64,000 nt of DNA from an uncultured bacterium (GCA_963705505.1 CAVPJU010000010.1:128001-192000); one strand, 5' to 3'; positions 21,750-30,838 are shown, numbered from the stretch's first letter. Translations and numbers: made by a program. The notes: a model not told the origin generated them from the letters alone.

Positions 21750-21992
21750 ATGTTCTATGTATATCTGATCAAGAGCGAATCTCATCCGGACCAACGATAC
21801 ATAGGTTCTACCAAGGATTTAAAACAACGTCTAGAAGCACATAATTCAGGCAAATCAAAGCATACTCGCAAAATTTGTCCATGGAAACTTGTAACCTACC
21901 ACGCTTTCTCCGACAAACTTAAAGCACAGGAGTTCGAACGCTATCTGAAATCCGGTTCCGGACAGGCGTTTGCCAATAAGCGCTTCTGGTGA
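21750..21992 (+). CDS. Small GIY-YIG nuclease family protein
   Basis: MFYVYLIKS...RYIGST.DL..RL..HN.G....T...PW.LV......D...A..FE.YLKSGSG. Confidence 0.92.
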   Translation: MFYVYLIKSESHPDQRYIGSTKDLKQRLEAHNSGKSKHTRKICPWKLVTYHAFSDKLKAQEFERYLKSGSGQAFANKRFW

Positions 21993-22025
21993 TGAAACGC
22001 GTTAAACAGTTTCAATCATGGCTTC

Positions 22026-22524
22026 TTACAAAGTCTTTACAAAAGCGACCAGCTGATCGAGGGCTGTACCCCATCCTTCGTGAAATCCTCTTTCCTCGTG
22101 GACCTTGCGGCTTTCCTCGTTGGGGTGAAGCGCGATAGCCGTATACTTCGTCCCGTCTTCGTGCGACTCCAGTATAATTATCGCGGTGAAGAAGCTGTCT
22201 ATACAGTCGTTCGGCTGATTCGGACGGCCGATAGCCTTGCTCGAGCGCGTCGGTCCAGACGAGCTTTTCGTTCTCGACGACTTCCAGGTAACAGCCGGTA
22301 TTAGGATGATCCACACCTTCAGGCGAGCGCATAACCGTGCGGAATACCCCGCCCGGGCGCAGATCGATCTCACACTCTACTGTCATCCACGGTACGGGCG
22401 TAAACCATTTCATCAAGTACTCGGGCGTTGTCCAAGCCTTCCAGACGAGCTCTCTCGGCACATCGACTATTCGCTCGAGAACGAGGTCGAGCCGGGGATC
22501 GGGTTTATATTTTGTACGTGTCAT
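22026..22524 (-). CDS. SRPBCC/AHSA1-like (START) domain protein; frameshift near 22219
   Basis: [31 protein letters not shown]-terminus in another frame FTAIIILE...[13 protein letters not shown]. Confidence 0.88.
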
Positions 22525-22859
22525 CACTTTTTCTCCTTTAGTTCCTTTAGGTAATTGTCCAATTGATCCAGCCGCAGCTCCCAAAGCACGCGCCGCTTCT
22601 CTATCCAGTTCTCCGCAGCTTTAAGCGGCCCGGGCGTCAGCCGATATGTGCGTATCCGTCCCTTTTTTTGCGAGCGGACTAACCCGCACTCCTCCAGAAC
22701 ACCCAGATGCTGGATGAAAGAGGGTAACGCCATATCGAATGGGCGTGCCAGCTCGCTCACCGGAGCCGGGCCGTCGCTCAGCCGCGTTAAAACGGCACGG
22801 CGTGTAGGATCGGATAAAGCGTGAAAAACTCGGTCGAGCTGAACAGTATTGTTAGGCAT
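22524..22859 (-). CDS. ArsR/SmtB family transcriptional regulator
   Basis: [34 protein letters not shown]; stop overlaps the SRPBCC start. Confidence 0.93.
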   Translation of the reverse strand: MPNNTVQLDRVFHALSDPTRRAVLTRLSDGPAPVSELARPFDMALPSFIQHLGVLEECGLVRSQKKGRIRTYRLTPGPLKAAENWIEKRRVLWELRLDQLDNYLKELKEKK

Positions 22860-22905
22860 ACACCTAACTATAAATCAGAGCTGATACTTATGTCAATGCC
22901 TAAGT
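22851..22905 (-). promoter_or_regulatory. Promoter and two palindromic operators of the ArsR-SRPBCC operon
   Basis: GTTAGG-N6-CCTAAC (22851-22868) and CTTATG-N6-CCTAAG (22887-22904); minus-strand TTGACA (22896-22891), 18 bp, TATAGT (22872-22867). Confidence 0.7.
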
Positions 22906-22930
22906 TATTTTTGAAGCTCCAGGGAGAGGA

Positions 22931-23123
22931 CGACGGCTCCTTAAACCCCGCTCGCGGGTTTAAATGAGGCGACATCAAAGCGGGCTGGTCTCCGGGCGAC
23001 GCACTGAACGCCTGAGGACGAGAAAACATTCGGAGCTGGCGGTGAAAACCCTGTCTATCGGTAACTTCACTGCGAGAACTAATGATAGACTAAGCATGTA
23101 GAGGCCTTGTGAGTCTCTTTCTC
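22931..23123 (+). repeat. 193-bp direct copy of the internal part of ssrA (21338-21530)
   Basis: Base-by-base identical by eye except one C>T in the loop of the TTAAACCC..GGGTTTAA hairpin. Confidence 0.95.
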
Positions 23124-23234
23124 TTGACAACAGTCTTTTTTACTGAAGAATCATCAGGAAACCACGCGTTAACACCCATGAACGTTCTTACAAAAGCATT
23201 TAATCCGCCAGTACGGTATAACCTGCCGAAAACT

Positions 23235-23449
23235 TTGTCATGCAATAATCCAAACTTAAAAACAGCTAAAAGCTTGAAGAAAACCCGTCGGGATAACGGC
23301 ATCTCGCCAGACGGCCTGTCCATACCGCCGGATTCGCCGCTTAATACCGTCGTTACTGTGGAATCCGGCGCAAATTCGGATACAACTATTGAAACCCTTC
23401 ACAAATCGCAAAAGCGTTTGATGTCGGCGTTGATGATTTAATCAAATAA
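23235..23449 (+). pseudogene. Degenerate or frameshifted XRE (HTH_3) regulator upstream of the Ehr operon
   Basis: LKKTRRDNGIS...LNTVVTVESGANSDTTIETLHK; adding one A near 23404 gives IAKAFDVGVDDLIK*, a typical XRE C-terminus. Start codon uncertain. Confidence 0.65.
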
Positions 23450-23453
23450 GAAT

Positions 23454-23993
23454 ATGTTCAGACTTTATTACAAAATTTTTTCGACTCCGAAGACGGTCAT
23501 AGATGTTCGGTCGTTGCGGTGCGATGCGGACATTAACATCATAGGGAAAAAACTTGAAGCCATAGTACAGCGGTCATTTCGCGGCTCGCTCGCGATCCGG
23601 GCCGTCGATGCCGGATCGACCAACGCGTGCGAGCAGGAGCTTACCGCGCTTGGCAACTCCTATTACGACATCGAAAGGTTCGGCATCCGTTTTGTGGCTT
23701 CCCCAAGGCATGCGGACATGCTGATGGTTACAGGCCCCGTTACCAGAAACATGAAAGAAGCGCTCGTAAGGACATACGAAGCCGTTCCTGATCCGAAAAT
23801 TGTCGTGGCACTTGGCAATGACGCGATAGACGGAGGCATTTTTAAGGGTTCTTACGGAGTCTTGGACGGAGTGCACAATGTCATTCCCGTGGATTTCCAA
23901 ATTCCCGGAGACCCGCCGTCTCCGAGAATAATACTTTGCGGCTTGCTGCAAATCCTTGAAATGCTTGATTCTCGCGCCAAGGCTGCTCAATAA
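23454..23993 (+). CDS. NuoB/HycG/HyfI-like small subunit (EhrS-like) with substituted Fe-S ligands
   Basis: SLAIRAVDAGSTNACEQE, YDIERFGIRFVASPRHAD.L.VTGPVT, VVALGNDA, IPGDPPSP. Confidence 0.9.
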   Translation: MFRLYYKIFSTPKTVIDVRSLRCDADINIIGKKLEAIVQRSFRGSLAIRAVDAGSTNACEQELTALGNSYYDIERFGIRFVASPRHADMLMVTGPVTRNMKEALVRTYEAVPDPKIVVALGNDAIDGGIFKGSYGVLDGVHNVIPVDFQIPGDPPSPRIILCGLLQILEMLDSRAKAAQ

Positions 23994-23995
23994 AT

Positions 23996-26041
23996 ATGTT
24001 TAGCACGCTCATTTCATCAAATATATTTTTTCTGTCACTCCTCTTATGGATAGCAGGGGCGGTCGGGGCTTTGGTTTTGAGCAAAAATGACCGCTTGGCA
24101 AACTGGTGGGGAAATTCTTTTGCGATTCTCGGATCCTGCGTTGGATTATCGTTTTCTCTGTCGGTGCTGATTCTCGGCTCCACATTTTCTTTTAACATCG
24201 ACTCCACTCTGCCTCTTCTGTCGTTATCTTTCAGCGTGGATAAATTATCCGCTTTTTTCATTTTCGTTATTTCGCTCATCGCTTTATTTGCTTCCATTTA
24301 TGCACTGGGATACGTAAAGCATTATTACAAAAAATATAATATCGGCGCGCTCGGCTTTTTTTATAATACTTTCCTGGCCGGAATGGTCATGGTCGTCAGC
24401 GCCCACAACGCCCTTTTCTTTCTCGTCGTCTGGGAAATAATGTCTCTCGCCTCGTATTTCCTTGTCATTTATGAAAACAAGGAAAAAGAAAATGTGCAAG
24501 CGGGATCGCTTTATTTCATTATGACCCACGTCGGAACGGCCTTCATAACGCTGGCTTTTTTACTCTTGTACCTTGCTACCGGGTCTTTAGACTTCGGCGT
24601 AATAAAAGAAACTATCGGAAACAGCTCGCCGCTCATAACCAATACGGTTTTCGTTCTTGCGCTTATAGGGTTTGGGACCAAAGCGGGCATTATCCCTTTT
24701 CACATCTGGCTGCCGAACGCTCATCCCGCCGCCCCGTCTCATGTTTCCGCCCTGATGTCAGGTGTGATGATCAAGACAGGCATCTATATGTTTATCCGGA
24801 TGTTCATGGATATACTGCCGGACGCGCCGCTCTGGTGGGGAGTCGTTATTTTGATACTGGGCGCTATATCATCGCTGTTAGGGGTTTTGTATGCTCTCAC
24901 CGAACACGATATCAAAAGACTTCTGGCTTACAGCAGCATCGAGAATATCGGGATTATTTTGTTGGGACTCGGCAGCTCCCTTGTGTTTTGGTCGCTGGAT
25001 ATGAAGCCGCTGGCCGTCCTTAGCCTGGTAGCGGCGCTTTTTCATACTCTCAATCATGCGATATTCAAAGCATTATTATTCCTGGGAGCCGGTTCCGTTA
25101 TTTCCCAAACCCATACCAGAAATATGGAAGAATACGGCGGCTTGATAAAATATATGCCGCAAACTGCGCTTTTCTTTCTTGCCGGCTCGATGGCGATATC
25201 GGCACTGCCTCCTTTGAACGGTTTTTTCAGCGAGTGGATGACGTTTCAGTCTCTTTTTAGCGGGATCATGGCATCGAGTATCTCGGTGCGCTGGGTATTT
25301 TTGTTGGCGGCGGGATCGCTTGCGTTTACCGGAGGGCTTGCGGCAATGTGTTTCGTGAGAGCGTTCGGAATTACATTCCTGGCCAGACCGAGAAGCGAGC
25401 ACGTCAGGCACGCCCGAGAGTCCGGTTTTGCGCTTCGCATAGGCATGGCTGTCCTCGCGGCTCTCACTTTAATCATAGGATTTACCGCCGGCAGCATCAC
25501 AAATACGGTATCAGGTGTTGTGAGCGATTTGAGCGTCTTTAATTCTTCCGAACCGGCATTTTTTTCGAATATGTATACGGTCGGACTGCGCAGCGGCTTT
25601 GCTTCAATTTCAATGCCGCTTATCCTGGCAAGTTTTATCGTAACTATGGCATTGACGTTTTTTGCCGTGTATCTCGCCTCGCGCAACAGAAAAACGAAGA
25701 TCGGCCGCACCTGGGATTGCGGAACAACTCTTGGCCCGAGGATGGAAATCACCGGTACGGGTTTCTCCCACTCTATCGTTACTATTTTCCGCGGGGCGCT
25801 CAAGCCGACTAAGCAAACGAGCATCGAGTATCGGGATGAAGATATGCGCTATTTTCAAAAATCAAGCACGGTCGAGCTTGGCATTCAGGATATTTACAAC
25901 AGATATTTTTATCAGCCGGTGCATATGATAACCATCAAAGCTTCCGAGTATGTGAAAAGAATCCAGAGCGGCAATATCAATCTGTACGTACTGTACATAT
26001 TGGCGATACTCATTGCCCTTCTGTTCGCTTCGGGTATGTAG
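23996..26041 (+). CDS. hyfB: HyfB/HycC-like proton-translocating membrane subunit (NuoL/MrpA family)
   Basis: 681 aa; WEIMSLASY, GFGTKAGIIPFHIWLP.AHPAAPSHVSALMSG, KRLLAYSSIEN, WDCG. Confidence 0.88.
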   Translation: MFSTLISSNIFFLSLLLWIAGAVGALVLSKNDRLANWWGNSFAILGSCVGLSFSLSVLILGSTFSFNIDSTLPLLSLSFSVDKLSAFFIFVISLIALFASIYALGYVKHYYKKYNIGALGFFYNTFLAGMVMVVSAHNALFFLVVWEIMSLASYFLVIYENKEKENVQAGSLYFIMTHVGTAFITLAFLLLYLATGSLDFGVIKETIGNSSPLITNTVFVLALIGFGTKAGIIPFHIWLPNAHPAAPSHVSALMSGVMIKTGIYMFIRMFMDILPDAPLWWGVVILILGAISSLLGVLYALTEHDIKRLLAYSSIENIGIILLGLGSSLVFWSLDMKPLAVLSLVAALFHTLNHAIFKALLFLGAGSVISQTHTRNMEEYGGLIKYMPQTALFFLAGSMAISALPPLNGFFSEWMTFQSLFSGIMASSISVRWVFLLAAGSLAFTGGLAAMCFVRAFGITFLARPRSEHVRHARESGFALRIGMAVLAALTLIIGFTAGSITNTVSGVVSDLSVFNSSEPAFFSNMYTVGLRSGFASISMPLILASFIVTMALTFFAVYLASRNRKTKIGRTWDCGTTLGPRMEITGTGFSHSIVTIFRGALKPTKQTSIEYRDEDMRYFQKSSTVELGIQDIYNRYFYQPVHMITIKASEYVKRIQSGNINLYVLYILAILIALLFASGM

Positions 26042-26048
26042 AAACACT

Positions 26049-26975
26049 ATGTCAATTATAATTTGGACAATTCAATTAGCGCTAGTGCCGGCCGTGTCGC
26101 CTCTGTGTATCGGTGTCGTCAGAAAAATAAAGGCGAGATTTCAAAACAGAGTAGGCGCGAGCATATTTCAGCCCTATAGAGACTTGTGGAAGTTATTCCA
26201 TAAGGATGAGGTGATAAGCGAGGACGCTTCCTGGATTTTCAAATGCGCTCCCTATATTATTTTTTCAACCACAGTGATTATAGGAGCGAGCGTTCCGCTT
26301 TTTACCACAATTTTTTCCATCAATGCCCTCGGCGACCTGCTCGTCGTAATATATTTGATTGCTTTTGGAACTTTCTTTCTCGCACTTGCCGGCATGGATG
26401 TGGGGAGCGCTTTCGGAGGGTTCGGATCAAGCCGGGAAATGACGGTTGCCGCTTTAACTGAGGGCGGTTTGATGTTTTCCATTCTCGTTCCTGCGTTATC
26501 GGCTCATTCCACGAATCTTTTTGCAATCTCGGGTGCCGTCGCTTCGTTTTCGTTTTTTGCTTTTGCCCCGATGATTCTCGCGCTTGCCGCGTTCATAATC
26601 GCCATGCTCGCCGAAACGGGGCGCTTCCCCTTCGATAATCCTGCTACACACCTTGAACTTACGATGATCCACGAGGCAATGGTTTTGGAATATTCGGGAA
26701 AGAGACTGGCGCTTATCGAATGGGCGGCGGCAAATAAGTTCTTTATCTTCCTCGCATTGGGGGCAAATCTTTTCTTCCCCTGGGGGATGTCGTCATCGGA
26801 GCGTCTCGGGGATGTTCCGCTTGCCTTGATCTTGTTTTTTGCAAAAATTCTGGCGTTTAGCGTATTCGTTGCTGTCCTGGAGTCCACTATCGTCAAATTC
26901 CGGTTTTTCAGACTGCCGGATTTATTATTCACATCGTTTATTTTAAGCATCATTGCTATGAGTTTGACTATCTAA
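26049..26975 (+). CDS. hyfC: HyfC/HycD-like NuoH-family membrane subunit
   Basis: KARFQNRVG..IFQPYRDL.KLF.K, FGGFGSSRE, ETGRFPFDNPATHLELTMIHEAMVLEYSG. Confidence 0.9.
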   Translation: MSIIIWTIQLALVPAVSPLCIGVVRKIKARFQNRVGASIFQPYRDLWKLFHKDEVISEDASWIFKCAPYIIFSTTVIIGASVPLFTTIFSINALGDLLVVIYLIAFGTFFLALAGMDVGSAFGGFGSSREMTVAALTEGGLMFSILVPALSAHSTNLFAISGAVASFSFFAFAPMILALAAFIIAMLAETGRFPFDNPATHLELTMIHEAMVLEYSGKRLALIEWAAANKFFIFLALGANLFFPWGMSSSERLGDVPLALILFFAKILAFSVFVAVLESTIVKFRFFRLPDLLFTSFILSIIAMSLTI

Positions 26976-26979
26976 TACC

Positions 26980-27639
26980 ATGATTCCTATTACGCCGCAA
27001 ATATTATTCTTTCTCGAGACGATGCTGTTCGCATCGGTCGTATTTATGCACATCGCCAAGAAAAATTCAGGGGTAATATTTCTTTATGCGGCACAGTCTT
27101 TGATCATAGCCATCGCCTTGTTCTATTCGTCCCTCACCGAGTACTCATTGTTGCTTGTGGTGGTGGCTGTAGCGACTTTTTTGGTCAAAGTGATAATCGT
27201 TCCGTATTTCTTTTCCGGGCTCATTAAAAAACACCGGCTGCAATTTTCCGTCAGCACTTATTTGAATACCCCTATGACGCTGATCGTCCTGGCGTTATTA
27301 ACCGCGTTTTCCTACTCGCATTTTTTCGGGCCGTTAACTATTCTCGCCCCGGATAAGGAAAACGCCTTATCGCTCGCCATAGCGATGGTGCTCATATCAA
27401 TATTTTTAATTATTAACCGCAAAGGGGCTCTGTCTCAGATGGTCGGTATTTTGTCATTGGAAAATGCCATCGTTTCATTCGCGTACGTTGCCGGGCTTGA
27501 GACAACTGCCGGGCTGCAAGTAGGCATCCTGTTCGATATTTTTATCTGGGTCGTGATCGCGACCGTTTTTGCGTCAATGATATACCGGCACTTCGGCTCG
27601 CTTAATGTGAGCATACTGAAACATTTAAAAGAGGAATAA
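26980..27639 (+). CDS. hyfE: HyfE-like membrane subunit
   Basis: 219 aa hydrophobic; RKGALSQMVGILSLENAI motif; lies between hyfC- and hyfF-like genes. Confidence 0.82.
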   Translation: MIPITPQILFFLETMLFASVVFMHIAKKNSGVIFLYAAQSLIIAIALFYSSLTEYSLLLVVVAVATFLVKVIIVPYFFSGLIKKHRLQFSVSTYLNTPMTLIVLALLTAFSYSHFFGPLTILAPDKENALSLAIAMVLISIFLIINRKGALSQMVGILSLENAIVSFAYVAGLETTAGLQVGILFDIFIWVVIATVFASMIYRHFGSLNVSILKHLKEE

Positions 27640-27643
27640 CTAT

Positions 27644-29089
27644 TTGGCCTTATTTTTAATTATCATCATTCCGCTTGTAGGCTCCCTCGCATCTTTTTTT
27701 GTGAAGAAAGATGTGCGGGTGTTGAGCTTTATCGCTGTCTCCGCCTCTTTCCTGGAATTGATAGCGACAATGGTAACGGTCGCCTCGGTTATGGATAGCG
27801 GATTATATCGTTTAAACGGCTATTTTTCGGTCGACGCGCTCGGGGCCGTCATAATCACACTGGTCGCGGTCATAGGCGCCATGGCGTCGTGGTACTCGAC
27901 CGGCTATCTGAAACTTGAGGTGGCGAAAAGAATCATAGGATTCAGCAGGGTACGGCAGTATTTTATTCTGTTGCACTTATTTCTCCTGGCGATGTTTTTC
28001 GCCGTTATGTCCACGAGCCCCATTTTGACCTGGATTGCGATTGAAGCGACCACGCTCTCTACAGCGTTCCTTATCAGCTTCTATAACAAACCGTCGGCGA
28101 TAGAAGCAGCCTGGAAATATTTGATGATTAATTCGGTCGGACTGTTGCTGGGATTCTTCGGCACCTTTCTTTTCCTCTACCCGTCCATACATGCCGGTCT
28201 TCCGGGATTGATCAGCTGGCATGACATGTTATCCAATGCTTCTGCGCTCGATCCGTTTATAGCCAAGATGGCTTTCATTTTTATTTTAATCGGGTACGGC
28301 ACAAAGGTCGGCTTGGTTCCCATGCATACATGGCTGCCGGATGCCCACAGTAAAGCTCCGGCACCGATCAGCAGCCTGCTTTCGGGCGTATTGCTTAATG
28401 TCGCTTTTCTGGCGCTTTTACGGTTCAAATCCGTCGTTGATGTTGCGATAGGTCCGCATTTTTCCCGGGAGCTGCTCGTATTTTTCGGCGTTATCTCGAT
28501 CTCCGTCGCGGCTTTGATCATTTTTAGTCAAAGAAACTATAAACGGCTGCTGGCGTATTCCAGTATCGAGCATATGGGGGTTATAGCCTTAGGGTTCGGG
28601 TTCGGAGGCGCGGGGGCGTTCGCGGCTCTGCTTCATATGATCTATCACGCGCTGACAAAATCGGTTCTATTTTTATCGGCGGGCAATATATTAGTGAAAT
28701 ACGGTTCCACAAAAATAAGAAACGTGAAAGGCGTTCTGACGGTCCTGCCTGTGACCGGCGTCCTGTTTTTCATCGGATTTTTGGCAATCACCGGCGTTCC
28801 TCCGTTCGGGACATTTATAACCGAATTTTCGATATTGTCGGCGGGCATTAAGACGCATCCGACAACGGTGATTATTACCTTATCGGTGCTGGCCCTGGTA
28901 TTTGTCGGTTTTTTGCGGCATGTCGTCTCGATCACGTTTGGAAACAGCGATATTCCCATGGCAAAGGGCGAGAGCGGATTGGATACAATTGTTCCCATTA
29001 TGCTTCTGGCCGCTCTTTTAATCATTGTCAGCTTTTTCATCCCGGAGAGTATGCGGTCGTTGTTACATTCAGCGACAATAAATTACTGA
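27644..29089 (+). CDS. hyfF: HyfF-like proton-translocating membrane subunit (NuoN/MrpD family)
   Basis: TTG start after AGAGGA; WIAIEATTL, EAAWKY, GYGTKVGLVPMHTWLPDAHSKAP, KRLLAYSSIEH. Confidence 0.88.
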   Translation: MALFLIIIIPLVGSLASFFVKKDVRVLSFIAVSASFLELIATMVTVASVMDSGLYRLNGYFSVDALGAVIITLVAVIGAMASWYSTGYLKLEVAKRIIGFSRVRQYFILLHLFLLAMFFAVMSTSPILTWIAIEATTLSTAFLISFYNKPSAIEAAWKYLMINSVGLLLGFFGTFLFLYPSIHAGLPGLISWHDMLSNASALDPFIAKMAFIFILIGYGTKVGLVPMHTWLPDAHSKAPAPISSLLSGVLLNVAFLALLRFKSVVDVAIGPHFSRELLVFFGVISISVAALIIFSQRNYKRLLAYSSIEHMGVIALGFGFGGAGAFAALLHMIYHALTKSVLFLSAGNILVKYGSTKIRNVKGVLTVLPVTGVLFFIGFLAITGVPPFGTFITEFSILSAGIKTHPTTVIITLSVLALVFVGFLRHVVSITFGNSDIPMAKGESGLDTIVPIMLLAALLIIVSFFIPESMRSLLHSATINY

Positions 29090-29093
29090 TACC

Positions 29094-30662
29094 ATGAAAC
29101 GAGAAATAATAGAAAATTATATTCCCGCTAAATTTGAGATAAGAATAGAGGGCAATGTCGTCGCCTATGATGTTCCCGTCGACGAAATATCCGTGATCGC
29201 TAACCAGCTCTATTTTGCTCACACGTTACAGCTCAAAACGATAACCGCGGCTGACGAACGTAACGAAGGCGGAGGTTTCAAGATCTACTACGTGTTTGGG
29301 GTACCTAAGGAGAATATTTTTCTCGTCCCCTACATAACCCTGACGGATCAGGAAAAGTTTCCTTCGATCACCAAAGCCATTCACGAGGCTTCCGGCTACG
29401 AAAGGAAGATCGAGAGCTTTTTCGGTTTAAAGCCGGCAAATCACCCCCATCCGCGACCGGTCATTCTTCACGAAAATTGGCCTGATACCGTTTTCCCGCT
29501 GAGAAAAGATTTTAACTGGCGGGACCGGCCGCCGGAGGCGCACGGATCGTATGAATTCCATAAGGTTGAAGGAAAAGGAATTTACGAAATTCCCGTAGGG
29601 CCCGTGCACGCCGGCATCATTGAGCCCGGGCACTTCCGATTCAACGTCGTCGGAGAGGAAATAGTGTCGCTCGAGCCGAAGCTGGGATATACACACAAAG
29701 GCGCCGAAAAACTCTTCGAGGTTTTAACGATGGAAGACAAGATCAGATTATCCGAGAGGGTTTCGGGAGATACTTCGTTCACTCATTCGCTGGCATTTTG
29801 TCAGGCCGTGGAAAGCCTGTCCGGCATTAAAATTCCTGAGAGGGCAAAGTATCTGAGAGTTGTTTTTTCCGAGTTGGAGAGACTGGCAAACCACTTGAAC
29901 GATATCGGTCTCATTATGCTGGACGCCGGCTATAATTTCGGCGGCAGCAACGGCGCTCGTCTTCGCGAAATCATTATGCAATGCTGTGAGCGTCTTGCCG
30001 GAAACCGTTTCTTACGGGGCATAAATACGATCGGCGGGGTAACGCGGGATATCACAAGCGAGATGAGCGCGGGACTCTTAAGCGACCTAAACAAAGTACA
30101 CCGGGATTTTAACGAAGTGATCGAAATCGCCGAAAGCAGCTTTTCTCTCTCGAACCGTCTTTCGGGTACCGGCAAGCTTGACCGTCAGATAGCCTTTGAC
30201 CACGGGGTTATCGGCGTAGCCGGCAGGGCAACAGGTATCGCGCACGATGCACGCATTGAATACCCCTACGCGGCGTACGACAAATTAAAATTTGAGATCG
30301 TCCTGGAAGATGAAGGGGACGTTCGGGCCAGATGGTCCGTGCGTGTCAAGGAAGTGCATTCTTCCATGAATATTATAGAGCAGGCGCTCCGGACTATTCC
30401 TTTGAACGAAGAATTAAAATCCGGCGAAAAAATGGTATTGAGGAGTCATAGCTACGGCGTCGGAGTGGCGGAAGGATGGCGGGGCGATATCGTTTATTTT
30501 GTAGCGACGGATGCAGCCGGTGAGATAAGCAGGGTAGATGTGCGCGACCCCTCATTCATAAACTGGACTGTATTGGGTCACGCGGGGAAGGGGAATGTGG
30601 TGCCCGATTTCCCCCTGATTAATAAAAGCTTCAATTTGTCGTATTCCGGAAATGATTTATAA
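29094..30662 (+). CDS. HyfG/HycE-like fused NuoCD large subunit without NiFe-binding motifs (EhrL-like)
   Basis: VGPVHAGIIEPGHFRF; L1 region reads ERVSGDTSFTHS and L2 region DFPLINKSFNLSYSGNDL, with no CxxC in either. Confidence 0.9.
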   Translation: MKREIIENYIPAKFEIRIEGNVVAYDVPVDEISVIANQLYFAHTLQLKTITAADERNEGGGFKIYYVFGVPKENIFLVPYITLTDQEKFPSITKAIHEASGYERKIESFFGLKPANHPHPRPVILHENWPDTVFPLRKDFNWRDRPPEAHGSYEFHKVEGKGIYEIPVGPVHAGIIEPGHFRFNVVGEEIVSLEPKLGYTHKGAEKLFEVLTMEDKIRLSERVSGDTSFTHSLAFCQAVESLSGIKIPERAKYLRVVFSELERLANHLNDIGLIMLDAGYNFGGSNGARLREIIMQCCERLAGNRFLRGINTIGGVTRDITSEMSAGLLSDLNKVHRDFNEVIEIAESSFSLSNRLSGTGKLDRQIAFDHGVIGVAGRATGIAHDARIEYPYAAYDKLKFEIVLEDEGDVRARWSVRVKEVHSSMNIIEQALRTIPLNEELKSGEKMVLRSHSYGVGVAEGWRGDIVYFVATDAAGEISRVDVRDPSFINWTVLGHAGKGNVVPDFPLINKSFNLSYSGNDL

Positions 30663-30838
30663 AACAGGTCAGGCGCGGACAAAATAGCCAGTCGGCCCGG
30701 CCGCTCTCCGCAATGGAGCGCTCGGACCTCTGTTGCAAGGAAATCTGATAAAACCAAAGAAGGCGAAAACAGCTAATCGATAGCAGCAGGTTTCCTGTAT
30801 GTTATTATTTGAAATCCGAAATTGCGAGGTACCGGAAC

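Noticed and set aside
29094..30662. Annotation as a functional [NiFe] hydrogenase-4 or formate hydrogenlyase
   Set aside because: Both NiFe CxxC motifs are missing and no maturation or Fdh genes are present in the window.
30721..30728. CTCGGACC after the Ehr operon matches the ssrA sequence at the point where the duplicated segment stops
   Set aside because: Only 8 nt and not followed by the T-arm; too short to call an attR site.
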